This document shows, piece after piece, positions 39,297-51,642 of a DNA stretch of 64,000 nucleotides (positions are counted from its first letter, which is position 1; each line of letters opens with the position of its first letter). The position numbers were made by a program, and so were the translations under genes. Under the pieces are notes generated by a model. It searched no databases and was not told the DNA's origin. It saw only the letters and a program-made list of their open reading frames with translations. The stretch comes from Moniliella sp. 'wahieum' (taxonomy: Eukaryota), in the NCBI GenBank assembly GCA_003971905.1, contig RSEE01000072.1, positions 248,001-312,000 of the forward strand, read 5' to 3'.

Positions 39297-40924
39297 TCAC
39301 AGCCCCGAAAATCCCACGGGGCTCTTGCCCGCCTTACGACGGACCATGAGCAACTTCTTGGCCTGCAGTCCGTACACGGCTCGCGTAGCCAACGACTCGC
39401 CCGAGTGGTCCAGTTCCCGCTGCACCTCCTCGGGGGCAAGTGGGCATCGAGGAGGCGCTGCAGCTGTGCGCGTCCGTCCACCTCCCACCAATTGCCAGCC
39501 GAGATCTTGAGATGATCAAATTCGACCGTGTGCGGTTCGGGCGCACGCAGAAGACTGGTCAAGACGAAGGCTGAGACGAGCTCGTTGGCTCTGATCGGCA
39601 TCGCATCCGATCCCAACCGCGCTCCGGTCTCCGACTCCGCTCGCCGACCCAACAACACTTCCAGCCCTTGCAACGTCTCATGAAAGTCGCCCGTCGTGCG
39701 CCCGGGCCAGACGTAGGCCAACACCGTGCCCCACACACCCAAATCTTCTCCGATACCCGTTCCAGCTCGGCCGTCGGCGCAGGCAAGGACAGTTCCTCCT
39801 CCCCCACTGGCTCGGGTTCAGGTTCAGGCTCGGGCTCGGGCTGTGCGTCCGCCTCGGGCGCCGGGTCGGCCGCAGCGGCAGCACTGGGTCAGCCTCAGGC
39901 CCAGACGCCGCATCGGGACCAGAAGGTGGTTCGGCCGCGTGTCCGCTCGGAGCACTGGCAAATGGGAACGACTCTTCGAGCAAGTCGGACGTATCGGACT
40001 CGAGCGGGGCCGGGGGTGAGGCCACGGAACGAGGTTGCGCCGCAGGCCGAGAGGGCTTGGCGGGCGAAGAAAGTTTGCGCTGGGGAATAGCAAGGCAAGG
40101 GGGTGAAAGGGGGGGGGAAGAGAAGAGGTCAGGAGGTCAGCATTGATGCAAATAACTTTGGATGGAAACCAATAGACGGGTAGGGTAATGTAGGGTAGAG
40201 TAGCGCGCCACGTACTTGGTCGAGCAAATCGCGTTTGAGCTGTTCAATGGCAAACAGTTCCAGTTCCTCATGCTTGAGTTCCTGCTTGAGAGCGGCAATC
40301 TCGTCGTGGCGGGACTGTTCCTGGGGGAGATGGTCGGGGAGGCAGCAGAAGTGTGCTGGTTTTCCTTGTTGGTCGAACTACCCTGACGGCGGTGCTCGTC
40401 CAATGCCGCTTGCATCTTGGTCGCATGCGCCTGGAACCGGCGCCTGGCCGTGTCGATCTCAGAACTCTTGGATTTAAGCGAAGCAATCGTGTTCTTGACT
40501 CGAACCAGGCCGTCTTGCCCCTCGGCCAGAGCCGAGGCGGCCTGAAGAAGCGCCAAACTGGAGTAGGTCACGTTCTTGGCCTGTGGCCGGAGCGGGGTGG
40601 GGGGCGGCGGCGGCGGCCGGCGCGCAGGGGCGCGGTGGATACGCTCAGCCGCCGTCGCGGCGGCAGGCTCGGCAGAGGACGGGGCAAAGAGACTGACCTC
40701 GAGCTCGTCGGCGTCGCGGACAAACTCGAGGATGTCCTTGTGCTGCGGGTTGAGCACGGCGTGGGTAAAGGGGCGGTGGACGTAGCCGATGGCGGGCAGC
40801 GACGGGGCAGGGTCGACGAGCGCAGCGCTGCCGTAGATGGCGCGGCGGCCGTAGTGGACTGGGCGTGGGCGGAGCGGATGCGCGTCACCGAGCCGGCGAT
40901 GCGCGAGAGAACGTCGTCGTCCAT
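39297..40924 (-). CDS. DASH/Dam1 complex Spc34-like protein with C-terminal extension; intron 40080-40215; indels
   Basis: PFTHAVLNPQHKDILEFVRDADELEVSLF resembles the Spc34 FTNALL...IRD motif; coiled coil follows; C-terminus ATRAVYGLQAKKLLMVRRKAGKSPVGF. Confidence 0.62.
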
Positions 40925-41380
40925 GGCGTGGCAGCGCAAGGTGGTGGCAGCCGACGCTGCCGCGTCGCGCGTCCTGCTGCGGCGTGCGCATGCGAAAGAA
41001 AGAACAACACCCAACGCGGCGGCGGCCGCACGTGACCGCCTGGCCCTGCACGCGTGCGCGGGCACAGCGGGCACACGCTCCGCTGGCATCACGTGACGTG
41101 GCTGCGTGTGGGATGGCTGAACATTGCAAATGCGGCTGCCGTGTGGGATCAGCATGACGTGGTGCAATCACGTAAGCACATAGGCGACACTGCGCTGGTG
41201 CTGGCGCTGCCGGCGGCGCAGGCGCAGCAGCTGCCAGTGTGCCTGCACGCGCGTCGGCCCAGGCGAGAGCCAGCGCTGCCACCATCCGCGCTGCCCCGGC
41301 CTGCCCCTCGACGCCACCCTGCCTCTTCTCCCCCTCCCATCGCCCTTCCCTTGCCCTCGCCGCCGCGACCGTAGCCCAGC

Positions 41381-43489
41381 ATGAGCATGGACCAGTCCCT
41401 GATCCGTACGTGCACCCTCCCCTGCTCCCTGCCCGCGGCGCGCCCTAACCTCCCCCCCCCCCCGCCCCCTAGAGCTTGTCAACAACTCCAGATGCCTTTA
41501 CCAGCGTCGGCATCCAAAACCCCATTGACCTGCCCCAGATCACCGTCCTCGGCAGCCAGTCGTCGGGCAGTCAAGTGTCCTCGAGAACATTGTTGGCCGT
41601 GACTTTCTCCCGCGTGGCACGGGCATTGTTACCCCCGCCGCCCGCTCGTGCTCCAGCTTATCAACCAGCCCGCCACGGGCAAGACCAGGGAAGAGGTCTT
41701 TGGCGCCGACGCCGATCCCGACTTGAGCCCGGACGAGTGGGGAGTTTCTCGACTTGCGCGGCGAGAAGTTTTACGACTTTAACAAGATTCGCCAAGAGAT
41801 CGTCCGCCAGACCGAACTCGAGACAGGCAAGGGCGTCGCCATCTCGCCCCGTCCTATCAACCTGCGCATCTACTCTCCCAATGTTCTCACTTTGACCCTC
41901 GTCGACCTGCCCGGTCTGACCAAGGTACCAGTCGGGGACCAGCCCAAGGACATTGAGCGTCTCATTCGTGACATGGTATACAAGTACAATCTCCCGTCCC
42001 AACGCTGTCATCCTCGCTGTCACGGCTGCCAACACGGACTTGGCCAACTCGGATGGTCTCAAGCTCGCCCGCGAGGTGGACCCCGAAGGGCTGCGGACGA
42101 TTGGCGTGCTGACCAAAGTCGATTTAATGGACGCTGGTACCGATGTGGTCGATATTTTGGCCGGCAAGGTCATCCACCTCCGTCTCGGCTACGTGCCTGT
42201 GGTCAACCGCGGCCAGCGCGACATTGACTCGCGCAAGAAGGTCAAAGCTGCCCTCGAGGCTGAGAAAGAGTTCTTCATGTCTCACCCTTCGTACCGGCCC
42301 AAGGCCAAATATTGCGGAACTCCCTATCTTGCCCGTCGCCTGACAACGATCCTCATGCATCACATCCGGTCTACCTTGCCCGACATCAAGACCAAGATTG
42401 GTCAGCATGGCCAAGTTCCAAGCCGAACTGCAGACGTTGGGTGGTGCGCTGGGCGAGCAGAACCCGTCGAATGTAATCCTGACCATCATTACCGAGTTTA
42501 CCAACGAATTCCGCACTGTATTGACGGCAACTCGAACGACTTGTCCGTTACCGAGCTGGCGGGTGGTGCGCGTATCTCGTTTGTCTTCCACGAACTGTTC
42601 AACAACGGAGTCAAGTCGGTCGATCCGTTTGACACGGTCAAGGATACCGACATTCGCACCATCCTGTACAACTCGGCCGGTTCCACCCCTTCTCTTTTCG
42701 TGGGCACGCGGCGTTTGAGGTGATTGTGAAGCAGCAGATCAAGCGGTTGGAAGACCCGAGTTTGAAGTGCGCGCAATTGGTGTACGAGGAGTTGGTTCGG
42801 ATCCTGTCGCAGCTACTGGCCAAAAACCAGGCGTTCCGACGCTTCCCGCAGCTGCGCGAGCGGTTCAACAATGTAGTGATTGCCTTCTTTAAGAAGTGCA
42901 TGCGCCCACGACCAAGCTGGTCAGCGACCTGATCGCTGCCGAAGCAGCTACCTCAACGTGGCCCACCCCGACTTTATCAGTGGGCAGCAAGCGTTGGCAA
43001 TTGTAATGAGCGCTACAACCACCCCCCGCGCCCCCGCCAACAGCAAAGAAGCCAAAGCGGCCGCGCAGCACCCGCATGCGCAAGAGTACGAGAAGGAACA
43101 AAACCAGGGCTTCTTTGGCTCTTTTCACCCGGTCCCAGACGGCCAAGCAAAAGGCCGCTTCGCTCGACGCGCCGCCACCAAGCCTCAAGGCGTCCGGCAC
43201 GCTGACCAGCCGGGACAGATTGAGCTCGAGACGGTCAAGCTGCTGGTCATGTCGTACTTTAAGGTGGTGCAGAAGACGGTGGCGGACATGGTGCCCAAGC
43301 GATCGTCCTCGAGCTGGTCAACAATGCCAAGACCAACATGCAGGCAGTGCTGCTGCAAGAGCTGTATGCGTCGGGGCGATGGAGGAGCTGCTGAAGGAGT
43401 CGGACCAAGTCAAGCTGCGGCGCCAAGAGGTGCTGAAGATGATCGCGGCGCTGGAGCAGGCGTCGGAGGTGGTGGCGTCCGTGTCCTAA
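41381..43489 (+). CDS. VPS1: Dynamin-related GTPase Vps1; intron near 41406-41472; indels
   Basis: [87 protein letters not shown] domain at the C-terminus. Confidence 0.96.
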
Positions 43490-44236
43490 GCGGCCGCACG
43501 AGTGGCTAGGCTGAACTGGTCTGGTCTGGTGTGCGCTGCTGTGATGTTGCCTGCGGTGGGTGTTGCGGCAAGGGCGTACTAGCCGCGGCGGGCGCAAGGG
43601 ATGCTCGATGGTTGCCAACGTGATACGTTACACCTGTTGTCCTGCGCTATAGCCCAGAGTCGGAAGAAAAGAGGGGCGCTGGACACGGATAGGCCTCGTT
43701 GCGGGAGCAGTCAGATCTCAGAGCACAGCAGAGCAGATGCGATGGGGCGGGCGGAAGAGGAACGGAGGCCATGCACGTGACCGGTGTGGCCGGTGTACGG
43801 TGCAGGTGGCCCCAGATAACCGACCAGCGGCGGGGCGACTAATAGAAACACAGCCGGGGTGTGTGGGGTCGGGGGGGCACGGGCGACACTGGCGCGTGCA
43901 GGGGTGGCAAGTGTGGGGTGAATAGTAGTTGTAGGCGTGCGACGGCAGCGCGGCTACCTCCGGCGGGACGGGCCGAGGCGAGGGCGGGCTGCGGGGGGCT
44001 ACCGGGCATGGGCAGCAGCTCCCCAACCCGACGGAGCGTCGTGCGCTTCTCCCCCGAAAAGCGCTGGCTGCACCCATGCAGTGCGCACGCCGGCCCCCGG
44101 CGCTGCTTTGCGCCACGGGGCCGATGCGGAGCAGCAGCAACACGTGTTTCTGCAGTCAATAATCCAGTAGCCCCTCCCACCTGGCTGTGCTTTATAACCG
44201 CCGTCGTCTCCCTCGCTCCCGCCATCCCTCCGCGCC

Positions 44237-46230
44237 ATGGCCCACCTTGTCCCTCGCGCCCTCGCCCTTGCCCGGCCCTGCGTCTCGGCTGCGTCCCGCC
44301 TCGCGCCGACGCCGGGGGGCTCGGTGCGCCGCCTGTCGTCCTTCTACAACGCCTCGGTCGCTGGCCTCACTGCTGACCAGGCCGAACTGCGTGAAGCAGT
44401 CTTTCCTTTGCCCGGGCCGAGCTCGAGCCGCGGGCGCAGGAAATTGACCAGACCAATACCAGCCCAATGGACTTGTGGCCACGGATGGGCGAGCTGGGCT
44501 TGCTGGGATCACGGTGCCTGAAGAACAGGGCGGTACGGGACGAAGCTACTTTGATCACCTGCTCATCATGGAAGAGTACGATCCTGATCCTGATCCTGAC
44601 TCTGCTCCTGACCAGGAAGATGACGATATATAAGAGTGTCTGACCATCTCGTGCCACAGAGCTCTCCCGGGCCTCGGGATCGCTCGCGCTGAGCTATGGC
44701 GCCCACTCGAACTTGTGTCAACCAGATCAACCGCCACGGCACCCCCGAGCAAAAGGCCAAGTACCTTCCCGACCTCATCTCCGGTGTCAAGGTGGGTGCC
44801 TTGGCCATGTCCGAACCGGGAGCCGGCAGCGACGTGGTCAGCATGAAAACAACCGCCATCAAAAAGGGAGACCGATACATTAATGGCAACAAGTTCGGTA
44901 CGTTTGCGCCGGTTCCCCCCCCCCCCCCCGTTGCCTTTTCGCTGCTTCTATAGAATGTGGTTCGTCTGTACTGATCCATCTCCGTTTGCATTTCGTTCTT
45001 GAAGGATCACGAATGGCCCCGTTGCCTCCACTTTTGTCATTGTGCGTATCCTGTCCAGCTGCGAGGAAAGATGGAGGTTGCAAAGCACGCAAAAAGACTG
45101 GTTCTCTTGCTGGCCTTTTCTCTGCGCAGTACGCCAAAACATCGCCCACCAAAGGCTCCAAGGGCATCACGGCGTTCATTGTCGAGCGCAGCTGGAAGGG
45201 CTTTTCCACCCACCAGAAACTCGACAAGGTCGGCATGCGTGGTTCCGACACGTGCGAACTGGTCTTTGACAATGTCGAGATCCCCGAGGAGAATGTGCTG
45301 GTCAAGTGGACCGCGGCGCGGCAGTGCTCATGTCGGGCTTGGACTTGGAGCGCCTCGTTCTCTCGGGCGGTCCATTGGGGTAGGTCTCCCGTCTTCCGCT
45401 TCGTTTCCCCCCTCGTATTCAGAGCCGGTCGCTAATGCCTTTTTCTAGTCTCATGCAGGCAGCTTTCGATTACGCAGTGGACTATGTTCACCAGCGCGAA
45501 CAGTTTGGCCAACGCATCGGCGAGTTTCAGCTGATGCAGGGCAAGGTTGCTGGTAGGTATTCTTTCCTCTCCTCTCCTCTCCTCTCCTCTCCTCTCCTCT
45601 CCTCTCCTCTCCTCTCCTCTCCTCTCCTCTCCTCTCCTCTCCTCTCCTCTCCTCTCCTCTCCTCTCCCCTCTCCTCTCCTCCTCCTCTCCTCTCCCTCCC
45701 TCCTCTCCTCTCCTCTCCTCTCCTCTCCTCTCCTCTCCTCTCCTCCATATGCTGTGCCCGTTTCGCGAAGCTGACCTGAACAACGACAGACATGTACACC
45801 AAGCTCGGGGCCGCTCGTTCGTACGTGTACGCTGTTGCGAGGGCCTGTGATGCTGGCCAGATCAGTCGTCGTGTATGTATTGTCTCTCCAACCTGTCCAA
45901 CCGATCACCTCTTGACTGACCAATTGGGACGATGGCAGGACTGTGCGGGGGCCATTCTCTATTCCTCGGATCGGGCCGTGGAGGTGACGATGGATGCAAT
46001 GCAGTGCCTGGGTGGCAACGGATACATTAATGGTATGTGGATTTGCGCTATCCTGTCGTACCCCACCAGAAAAGAGATCCGTCAGACTGACCTTCTCGAT
46101 CGCTCTGTGGCATGCAGAGTATCCAACCGGTCGTTTCTTGCGCGACGCTCGCCTGTACACCGTCGGGGCTGGGACCCAGGAAATCCGGCGCATGCTGATC
46201 GGCCGTGAGTTCAACCAAGACTTTGCTTGA
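44237..46230 (+). CDS. IVD: Mitochondrial isovaleryl-CoA dehydrogenase; multi-exon
   Basis: [100 protein letters not shown]. Confidence 0.93.
45565..45746. repeat. (TCTCC)n pentanucleotide microsatellite of about 180 bp inside IVD intron 45553-45789
   Basis: Pure pyrimidine run read directly; donor gtaggt at 45553, acceptor cag at 45789. Confidence 0.97.
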
Positions 46231-46540
46231 GAGCATGGTGTTACAGCTTAGGGACTCTACGAGCAACATGCCCTTCACATTATGCCCTCCTGTGTTGGCC
46301 GAAAGAAGGCAAGTATGGCCGCCTTTCAATCCGCCCGTTCGTAGCCACAGCCCGCTCTTTGTGCCGAAATGAACAGCGCGAAGACAATCAAAAAGCGATG
46401 GAAACGAGAGCACTCCGCCACGCAGGTATGCAGATCCAAAAGACAGGACGAGGAAAGTAGGAAGGAAGGGCAGGGGGGGGGGGGCATCAACTGTGACATT
46501 GACGAATCATCCCATACGACGGTTTGCCGACAAAAGAGAA

Positions 46541-46636
46541 CGACAACGACAGGACTCGAACCTGTGCAGGCAAAGCCTAATTGATGGTGCAAACAAGCGT
46601 TCGAATCAATCCCCTTAACCACTCGGGCACGTTGCC
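46541..46636 (-). tRNA. tRNA-Ser(CGA) with 14-nt intron 46586-46599
   Basis: Reverse complement: GGCAACG/CGTTGTC acceptor, CCCGAGTGGTTAAGGGG D arm, ATTGA-TT-CGA-A[intron]A-TCAAT, long variable arm AGGC-TTT-GCCT, ACAGG-TTCGAGT-CCTGT. Confidence 0.94.
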
Positions 46637-46967
46637 TCTGGAGCGGGCGGGCGAGAGATGCGCTAAGAGGGACGACGGGACTGATCTGCAGCACCCAAGT
46701 TGGTATCTGGGGACCCAAGGGGGGTGCGGAAGACGGGCGGGAGGGTGGGCAGGAATGAGCGGGTATGGCTGGATGTGGCTGGGGCAGGCGCGGGGCAGGG
46801 CGGGGCGGTGGTGCAATGGAGGGGCAGGCTGGCGCGGTGGCGCTATCGGATATCCATGCGCTGACGCAACCCTATCTGGGAGGGGGGTGGCCTGTGCTGG
46901 CTGGCGGTGCCGGCTGGCTGCCACCATCACCGTTGAGAGCAACTCGACGTGCTTACCGACCCAGCCG

Positions 46968-48255
46968 ATGCGCGTGCTAATCACTGGCGACGATGGCCCG
47001 CCTGGGCCCACATCGCCCTACGTGCTGGGCCTGTGGAAGGCGCTGGTGGCCAAGGGATGGGACGTGGCGGTGGTGCTGCCCTCGGCGCAAAAGTCCTGGG
47101 GCGGCATGCACTTCCATGCCCACAGCCCCGTCGGCGTGTGGTACTACTACCCGCGGCAGCTGGGCACGCCTGCGCCGCTCTGGGACGCCGGTACGGGCAG
47201 CTGGTCGCCCACCCGCCGGCCCATCGACCGTGCCGCTGGCGAACTGGGCGAGTGGGTGTTGCTCGATGCATCGCCCGCGTCGTGCGCCAATGCGGGCGTG
47301 TACAACCACGCCACACTCCTGCCTCCCGATGCCGAAGCTGATGCTGATGCTGATGCTGATGCTGACGCGCCGCCTCCCGCGCCCTTTGACCTGGTCGTTA
47401 CCGGGCCCAACTTTGGCCGCAACACAGGTACATCCTTTGCCTTGGGAAGCGGTACGGTCGGCGCGGCGCTGGCAGCAGCTTTGACGGGCACCAAGGCCAT
47501 CGCCTTATCCTTTGCCCATTTCCAGTCTCTGCCCACCACCCGCCTCACCTGCAAAACGCCCACGACCGCCTTGCGCCCCAGCCGGCCGATCCGGCCGATA
47601 GCACCGACCCCCCAGCGGCCCACCGACCTGCCCCAGGCGCAGCACGCGGTCATCCACGCCGCGCTCAACGTCTCGGTCGACGTGGTGGACCACCTGTACC
47701 GCACGTGGGAACCCAACGTGCGCGCGTACTCGGTCAATGTACCAGTGGCATGGGCTGTGTTGGAACCCAAGGTGGTCTGGACCCGCATGTGGGTCGGACA
47801 ACATGCGCGTCTGTACCTCGACCCGGGCGCGCCCCAGCCTCCTGCCCAGGTCCAGGCGCAGGCGCAGGCGCAGGCACAAGGACAAGGACAAGGACACGGC
47901 AGTGGATTTTCCGACTTGGCTGCCTCGGATCCTACTCCCCCCCAAGCGGCGCCGTACCAGCCCTCGGACGCGCCGCCACCGGCACGACGATTGCTCTTCC
48001 GCCCCGATATGAAGGGCATGCTTGCCCCGCCTGACTTGGAGCCTGGCACAGACATCTGTTCGTCCCCTTTCTCCTATCCTTTGCTTTGCTGTGCTTTGCT
48101 TTTGCGCGGTGTGCGTGCTGGGTGGCCCGACTGACGTTGTGACGCTTGCGCCTTGCACAGGGGCGCTGATGCATGGCTGGGTCTCGGTCTCGCGGCTGGA
48201 ACCGGCGTTTGTCGAGCCCACCACGCCCGATCTGGGCCACCAAGTTCATATTTGA
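46968..48255 (+). CDS. SurE-like 5'/3'-nucleotidase/phosphatase, stand-alone; intron 48058-48160
   Basis: MRVLITGDDGPP...SPYV, VVLPSAQKSW, ASPASCANAG, DLVVTGPNFGRNTG...GSGTVGAA; spliced GTDIWALMHGWVSVS. Confidence 0.85.
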
Positions 48256-48582
48256 TCCGGTTCGGTTGATCGCCTGGCCCTACCTGGTACCTATACTACT
48301 GCTTCAGCGGCGCGCACCGCGAACGCGCCAACTAATGCATTCATGCTCCTCAATGCATATTGCTCCTTGCCATGCTGCGCGTCTGCCATCATTACATTAT
48401 CAAGCCCATGGGGCGCGGAAGGCTACACCCTAGGCTCGTGTGCCACCATCGCTTCGCGGCAGCATATGCAGCGTGCTATTGCACCCGTAGCACCCCTCGA
48501 GGTGGGATGAGCGATGATCGATGAAGCGAGTTGGGGAGGCGAGGCGGGGGGGGGCAGAACACTTGGTTCGATCCCAGCTGTA

Positions 48583-48611
48583 GACGTGAGACGTGAGACG
48601 TGAGACGTGAG
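48583..48611. repeat. Heptamer microsatellite (ACGTGAG)4
   Basis: agacgtgagacgtgagacgtgagacgtgag. Confidence 0.9.
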
Positions 48612-49421
48612 GAAAGGCCAACTCAGGCGTAACGAATTGAAGCCAAAAACCTGGTCGAGATCCCAATCTGGGCTCGACTTGGTCGATCGCCGCACTGGAT
48701 CGTGGGTGGGGGCCAAGTCCGGCGCTTGGTCCGTGGCGTGGGGAGGGGGAGGAGGGTAGGTTCGAGCCAAGTTAGCACGTTGGTGGGGGCCAGTCCACCT
48801 TGCGCGCCGCTTGGAAAAGGTGTGCACCAGCTGTACAAGGTGGGTACAGTGCAGGTGGCGCAGGCGAGGCTCCCGAGTACAACTTGCACAGTTGCAGGGG
48901 TCAGTACTCAGAACGTTCACGTCGGCGCTCAGTCTGAGGAAGCACCAACCAGGAATCATTCTAGCGCATGGCGAAGAACCCCTGTCTCAGTGCCAATGGA
49001 AAGCAACCGCCCTCGACTAGCTTGACCTCACTGACCATTGTCTCCCACCTATCTCTATCGTCAATGGAGTGGCTGTCATCGGTGCCACACCCTGGCTGCG
49101 GTATGGCCAGTGTGCCTTACGCCAAGCCCCCCTCTGGTGGGCCGGGTGCGGGACCTGCGTTGGGCATGCTACTTGGCCTCGATTTCCCACCGATGCTGTG
49201 TACGCACAGAGAAAAGGGGAATAGAACGCATACAGTGGCTCGCCAGGGGGCGTTTTGCAGATTAGAAAGAAAGATATGCAGCCAGAGGTGAGGCAAGGTA
49301 GGATGTGATCAGAGGGGGGAAGGGGGGGCGAAAGAGGAGGAAGAGGGAGGAGGGAGGAGGGAGGAGGGAGGAAGGAGGAGGTCTTGGCATCGCGGCAACA
49401 AACAGAAGTGCGAGCGACCCA

Positions 49422-49475
49422 GAGACAGGGTTCGAGACGGGGTTCGAGACGGGGTTGAAGACGGGGTTGAAGACG
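49422..49475. repeat. 12-bp minisatellite, about 4.5 copies
   Basis: gagacagggttc gagacggggttc gagacggggttg aagacggggttg aagacg. Confidence 0.85.
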
Positions 49476-49964
49476 AGAACGGCCGGGTCACGACCCTGGC
49501 CCCTGGCCCTCGTCCTTCCTTCAGAATTCTGCTCCCCGTCTCGCCACAAGGGGGCGGCACAAGTCAACGGCGCAACTGTAGATGACTTTGGCCCCCAGAG
49601 AGAGTCGGGACGCAGGTGTGCCCAGTTGGGCAACCATAGGACCACACCAGGATGGTAGCGCAGGGGGGAGGGGGAGGGGCAGGCCAGTGGGGTCTAGGCA
49701 CACCCCCGAAACGACCACCACTATCGCACGTGCGCGGGGGGAGAGGTGGCGGGCGGCAGCTTCAACGAAGGCGAAAGGGGCATGGCCCAGGATAGGGAGT
49801 GGCGAATTATGGGAGACATCGCCCCAGGAAAATGAGAGTAGCGGTTCGTTAGGTGTGTGGAGGGTTGGGAAGGCGGGGCGGCAGGGAGGGGGGTATGAGG
49901 AGAAAGGGAGGCTAGGGGGGAAGCGAAGCGAAGCATGCGGACCAAGACGAGGCAGTGGGTCCGA

Positions 49965-50708
49965 TCACTTTTTGCGGTGAAACCGGTGCCCCAAAAAGCT
50001 GAGCGGGGACGAGTCTTTACTAGCCTTGTGGCTGCTGCTGAGGGAGAAGGAGGAGACAGAAGGCATGCGGTGCGGCTGCGAAGGCGGCGGTTGTGCGGCG
50101 GCGGGCAAAGGCACAGCGCGGAGTCTGGGTCGGCGGACCAAGTGGGTTGCGGGAAAGGATGGGCGCAGAGGACAGCGGAGGGGAGGACTGAGGCACAGGG
50201 GAGGCGGAGCCAACGCCATCAGATCTTCCGTCCGAGGCACGGGAGGCGGTTTGGGTTTGCCCGTCAGGCCCTGCGCCAGGGAGAACTTGGCAGCCGACGC
50301 ACCAGCCGGCGTCGCGGGCGTGGGATTGGGACTGGCATTGCCCTCGGCAAAGATGGCACCGGCGCGACCGGCAATGGGGGCGGCGGGAGGCAGCGCAGGC
50401 GCCTGCGGATCGCAACATAGTCCTCGGGCACGCGGCCAATGCGGAACTCTTCGAGGAGGAGGTAGGCAGAGTTGGAGTGGACGTGGTGCACGGGGTCGTC
50501 CATGACATGGCCCACGTCCTGGCCGGCGTACTGGAGAATGAGGTCTTCGCCACCGGGGTGGTCGAGAAGAAAGTCGGTGAGGTCGTAGACGTACGCTGGT
50601 AGATGACCCAGCAGTCGCCGACGCGGGCATGGCGGGCGACGTCGGCGGGGGGGATGATGGGCAGGGCGCCGTTGACGGGGCGTCGACGTGCTCGAACCAG
50701 CGGCCCAT
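49965..50708 (-). CDS. Cytochrome b5-domain protein (Scs7-type heme domain) with low-complexity tail; indels
   Basis: DVARHARVGDCWVIY, VYDLTDFLLDHPGGEDLILQYAGQDV, DPVHHVHSNSAYLLLEEFRIG. Confidence 0.8.
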   Translation of the reverse strand: MGRWFEHVDAPSTAPCPSSPPPTSPAMPASATAGSSTSVRLRPHRLSSRPPRWRRPHSPVRRPGRGPCHGRPRAPRPLQLCLPPPRRVPHWPRARGLCCDPQAPALPPAAPIAGRAGAIFAEGNASPNPTPATPAGASAAKFSLAQGLTGKPKPPPVPRTEDLMALAPPPLCLSPPLRCPLRPSFPATHLVRRPRLRAVPLPAAAQPPPSQPHRMPSVSSFSLSSSHKASKDSSPLSFLGHRFHRKK

Positions 50709-51185
50709 GGCGCAGGAGAGTGGTGGGAGCGCAAAACGCAAGGCGAAGCAGTTCAGAAGGGCGGGTGCGAGGCGAGGTGGCTTGGGGCAGCGGCGGAGTG
50801 GAGCGGGGCGCTCTGGCGCTCACTGTGAAGCGTGAGGGGCTGCGGGCGGCGTTGGACGTGACGCTTCAAGCGGCGCTCCGGAAGAGGAGATCGGAGACGA
50901 GGTGACCAGCCTCGCGAGGGAAGTGAACGTTCAACGTTCAACCCGAGGGGCGACCGGTGAGCGCAGCGACAGGTGAGGTGTGGAGGTGACGTGTGACTGA
51001 CGCCGCAGGGAGCAGGGCACGGGCGGGCACGGCGGCAGCCTGGGCCACAACAAATGGGAGACATGCTGGCGCGGCCGGGGGGAAGCGAAGGCTGAGCGCT
51101 GGCTGCGGCCTCGCGTGGGTTCTGTGGGCCGCATCCGCAGGGTTGGCCTTCATTCGCCGAGGGCCGAGGGCCGAGGTAAGCGGCG

Positions 51186-51243
51186 ACTAGTAACTAGCAA
51201 CCAGCAACCAGCAACCAGCAACCAGCAACCAGCAACCACTAGC
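51186..51243. repeat. Heptamer tract ACTAGT-A grading into (ACCAGCA)n
   Basis: gactagtaactagcaaccagcaaccagcaaccagcaaccagcaaccagcaaccactagc. Confidence 0.88.
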
Positions 51244-51642
51244 TCGTGGCTGCCGCCTGCTGCCGCTGCCGCAATTTGAAATGGCAAGCGGGTGCGCCAC
51301 GTCTCAACCGCAGCGCTCGCACCGATCGCACTCGGGTGCTTCATTTCCTTGGCAGCCACATGGCTTGTGGTCAGTTGCATGTTACACTCAGTACTCAGTA
51401 CCCTCCGTTGCGTACTCACTTACTCATCCCCTCCCGCCCCGTCCCACCTGCCGAAACACGCCGCCCCCCGCCCCACCAAACACCCGTGTCACATGTCGCT
51501 ATCACGTTGTCCAGGCCTGGCTCACAACTTCATATTATAAGCCTCTGCAACACCAAAACAAAAGGAACAGGTGCGTTTTGTTTTCTGGGCTGCCACCTTC
51601 TTTCACTGCCAATGCACCACGTCTCCCGGCCCCCGCAAAAAG

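Noticed and set aside
45432..46214. EERRG / LLSSP repeat ORFs
   Set aside because: Translations of the intronic (TCTCC)n microsatellite
46581..46967. N-terminal extension of the SurE ORF
   Set aside because: Overlaps tRNA-Ser and a GC-rich promoter; the family starts at MRVLIT (46968)
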